64,000 bases of DNA from the human T2T-CHM13v2.0 reference genome, Homo sapiens: the NCBI RefSeq assembly GCF_009914755.1, contig NC_060932.1; one strand, written 5' to 3'. The position numbers and the translations under genes are program-made. The notes under the pieces were generated by a model. The model saw only the letters and a program-made list of their open reading frames with translations. It did not search any database and was not told the origin of the DNA. This document shows, in pieces, positions 61,901 to 64,000 of this stretch; position 1 is the stretch's first letter, and the number at the start of each line of letters is the position of its first letter.

Positions 61901-62836
61901 GTCACTGAGAAGGTGGGAAATTCTTTAGGGCCCATGTGTATTTTTACCCTAAAGCACTGTGATAATCAGAAAACTTTAGCTTTTTGCCCAAACCGGATGG
62001 TTGACCTGCTCTTTTCTACCAAGTGTTGAAAGAAAAATGGATATGTGAAGGGAAGAAGAAATCAGCTCACTAGCTGATGGCAGTATTGGCAGGTTTAGTA
62101 GCTAGTGTCATCATTTCCCAGTCTTCCCTCCTTAGAAATATACCATGGCCATGATGGTTGGTACAGCACTGAGCTGAGAAATTGAACACATCAGTTCTGT
62201 GTGGATGGAAGCCGGAGTGCTATGGGGACAGCTGGACTTTAGAGTCTTGCTTCTAGTCTCAGTACTGAATTGCAGGACTCTGAAACACTCGAGTTTATCA
62301 AATCATAAATCTTAGCGCTGCAAGTCTCTCTGCTTTATCTCTGCCTATCTGTCCCTGACTCTTTCACTCAAACACGCACGCATTCATTCCTGCTTATTAG
62401 GTGTCTGCCTTGTTGATCATATTCTACTGCTTTCTTTCCTCTCCCCTAATTGTCCACAGAGGAAGGTGGAAGTATGGGTGCCATTACCTCACACTTCAGA
62501 TACCTCTGAGCTGGCCGAGAACCACTCCTACCTCATGTGGACAAGAGATGCCTTTGATAACTTTGGCAATACAAAGTCACTGCTCCTGGAACAAAACTTA
62601 TCCTGGAGCTCAGAGAGGGCCATGGTTCAGTTCCCTGCAATGCTGAAAATAACACCAATAATGAGTGAAACTGACCTGAGCGTCCAGCTTCCTCCACTGT
62701 CTGCATAGAAACACAGATAGGCACTGGATGGTACCTGCCTCATGGTAAGTGGAACAGTCAGTTCCTCAGGTGTCCTCTTCACTCAGAAATGGCAATGAAA
62801 TTTCATCAGGTTGAAACTTGCCAGTGCCTATTTGGC

Positions 62837-63124
<288 letters not shown>

Positions 63125-64000
63125 TAGCTGGTGTGCCTGCACAGAAACATCTTTTCTCAATGTGCTTCCTCCACATTCTTCTTCCTTCCGAGTCCTACTG
63201 TTCTCCCCTTCAGGAGGCCACAGCTCACTCTTCACTGAAATTACAACATTCATATTTGCTTTTTGCTCACAGGCTGGTGAGGGAGACAAACAGGATTTAG
63301 ATACATTTCTTGGCCTTAAGAGCTTACAATCTACCTCTTACTAACCTCTTCCTTTATATCATGCTGCAATTGTCCCAGAATATTAAATCATTAACATTCA
63401 ATCCAGGCATATTTATTCTAACACATAGTAAGCAAAGGTGCATCAGAAAACAAAAGAATTGCTAGCAAGCCCTCAGAATGTGAGCAAATGTGCCCAAATG
63501 TACATAGGTGGCTCAGTCTACATTTATTTTGGACCCTTAGTGTGGCATAAACCCATTAGTCCCCAAGACCCAGATATAAAGAAACAACAAACACAAAAGA
63601 AAATGTGTGCCCAATTGGCTCATAGCTTGCATCATAAAACATAATTCCTGAAAATTATATCTTCTGATGAGACATAGTGATATAAAATCATTTATATTTT
63701 ACTTTAGTCTCTATGTGCTCATTTAGATGTTTTAGAATGTAGCATAGAGAAAAGATGCTCAGAAAAGCAAAGCTGTTTAACAATATTAAACCTGAACTGG
63801 TTTTCTCTCAGCTGGACTTTGAAGATGTCTCGTCATGGGCCCAGTGTTCTCCCACCCTGTCAGTCTGTCTGACTACAGGCACTTAGCACAAGGAACAAAT
63901 GGATGTATCCTTAATGGCTTCAACTACGCTTTGTTTTTTGTTTATTTTTAATTTTTCTATATTCATAAGAATCGGGCAATATTGTGTTTCTCCAATATTT

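Overview
This is primate genomic DNA, probably ape or human, judged from AluJ/S/Y, L1PA3-like and THE1 elements. It is AT-rich, CpG-depleted and intergenic or intronic in character. I can support no protein-coding gene, RNA gene or CpG-island promoter. The longer ORFs in the track are remnants of L1, Alu, L2 or ERV sequence, or chance frames. Roughly half of the window is recognisable transposon sequence: about 12 Alu/FLAM/FRAM copies, L1 copies of several ages, L2 and MIR, MaLR/ERVL/ERV1 LTRs, two ERVL internal remnants and hAT/Tigger DNA elements. I did not find a new multi-gene biological system. The most notable signals are footprints of genome rearrangement: (i) a 30-bp copy of an L1's own tail pasted into its ORF2; (ii) an L1PA composite with no target-site duplication (TSD), suggesting insertion-mediated deletion; (iii) a ~130-bp micro-inversion inside an old L1; (iv) a THE1C LTR with an intact DUX4 motif sitting exactly at a large L1 deletion. 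There are also a few candidate regulatory and splice signals. Repeat subfamily names come from recalled consensus sequences, not from an alignment.
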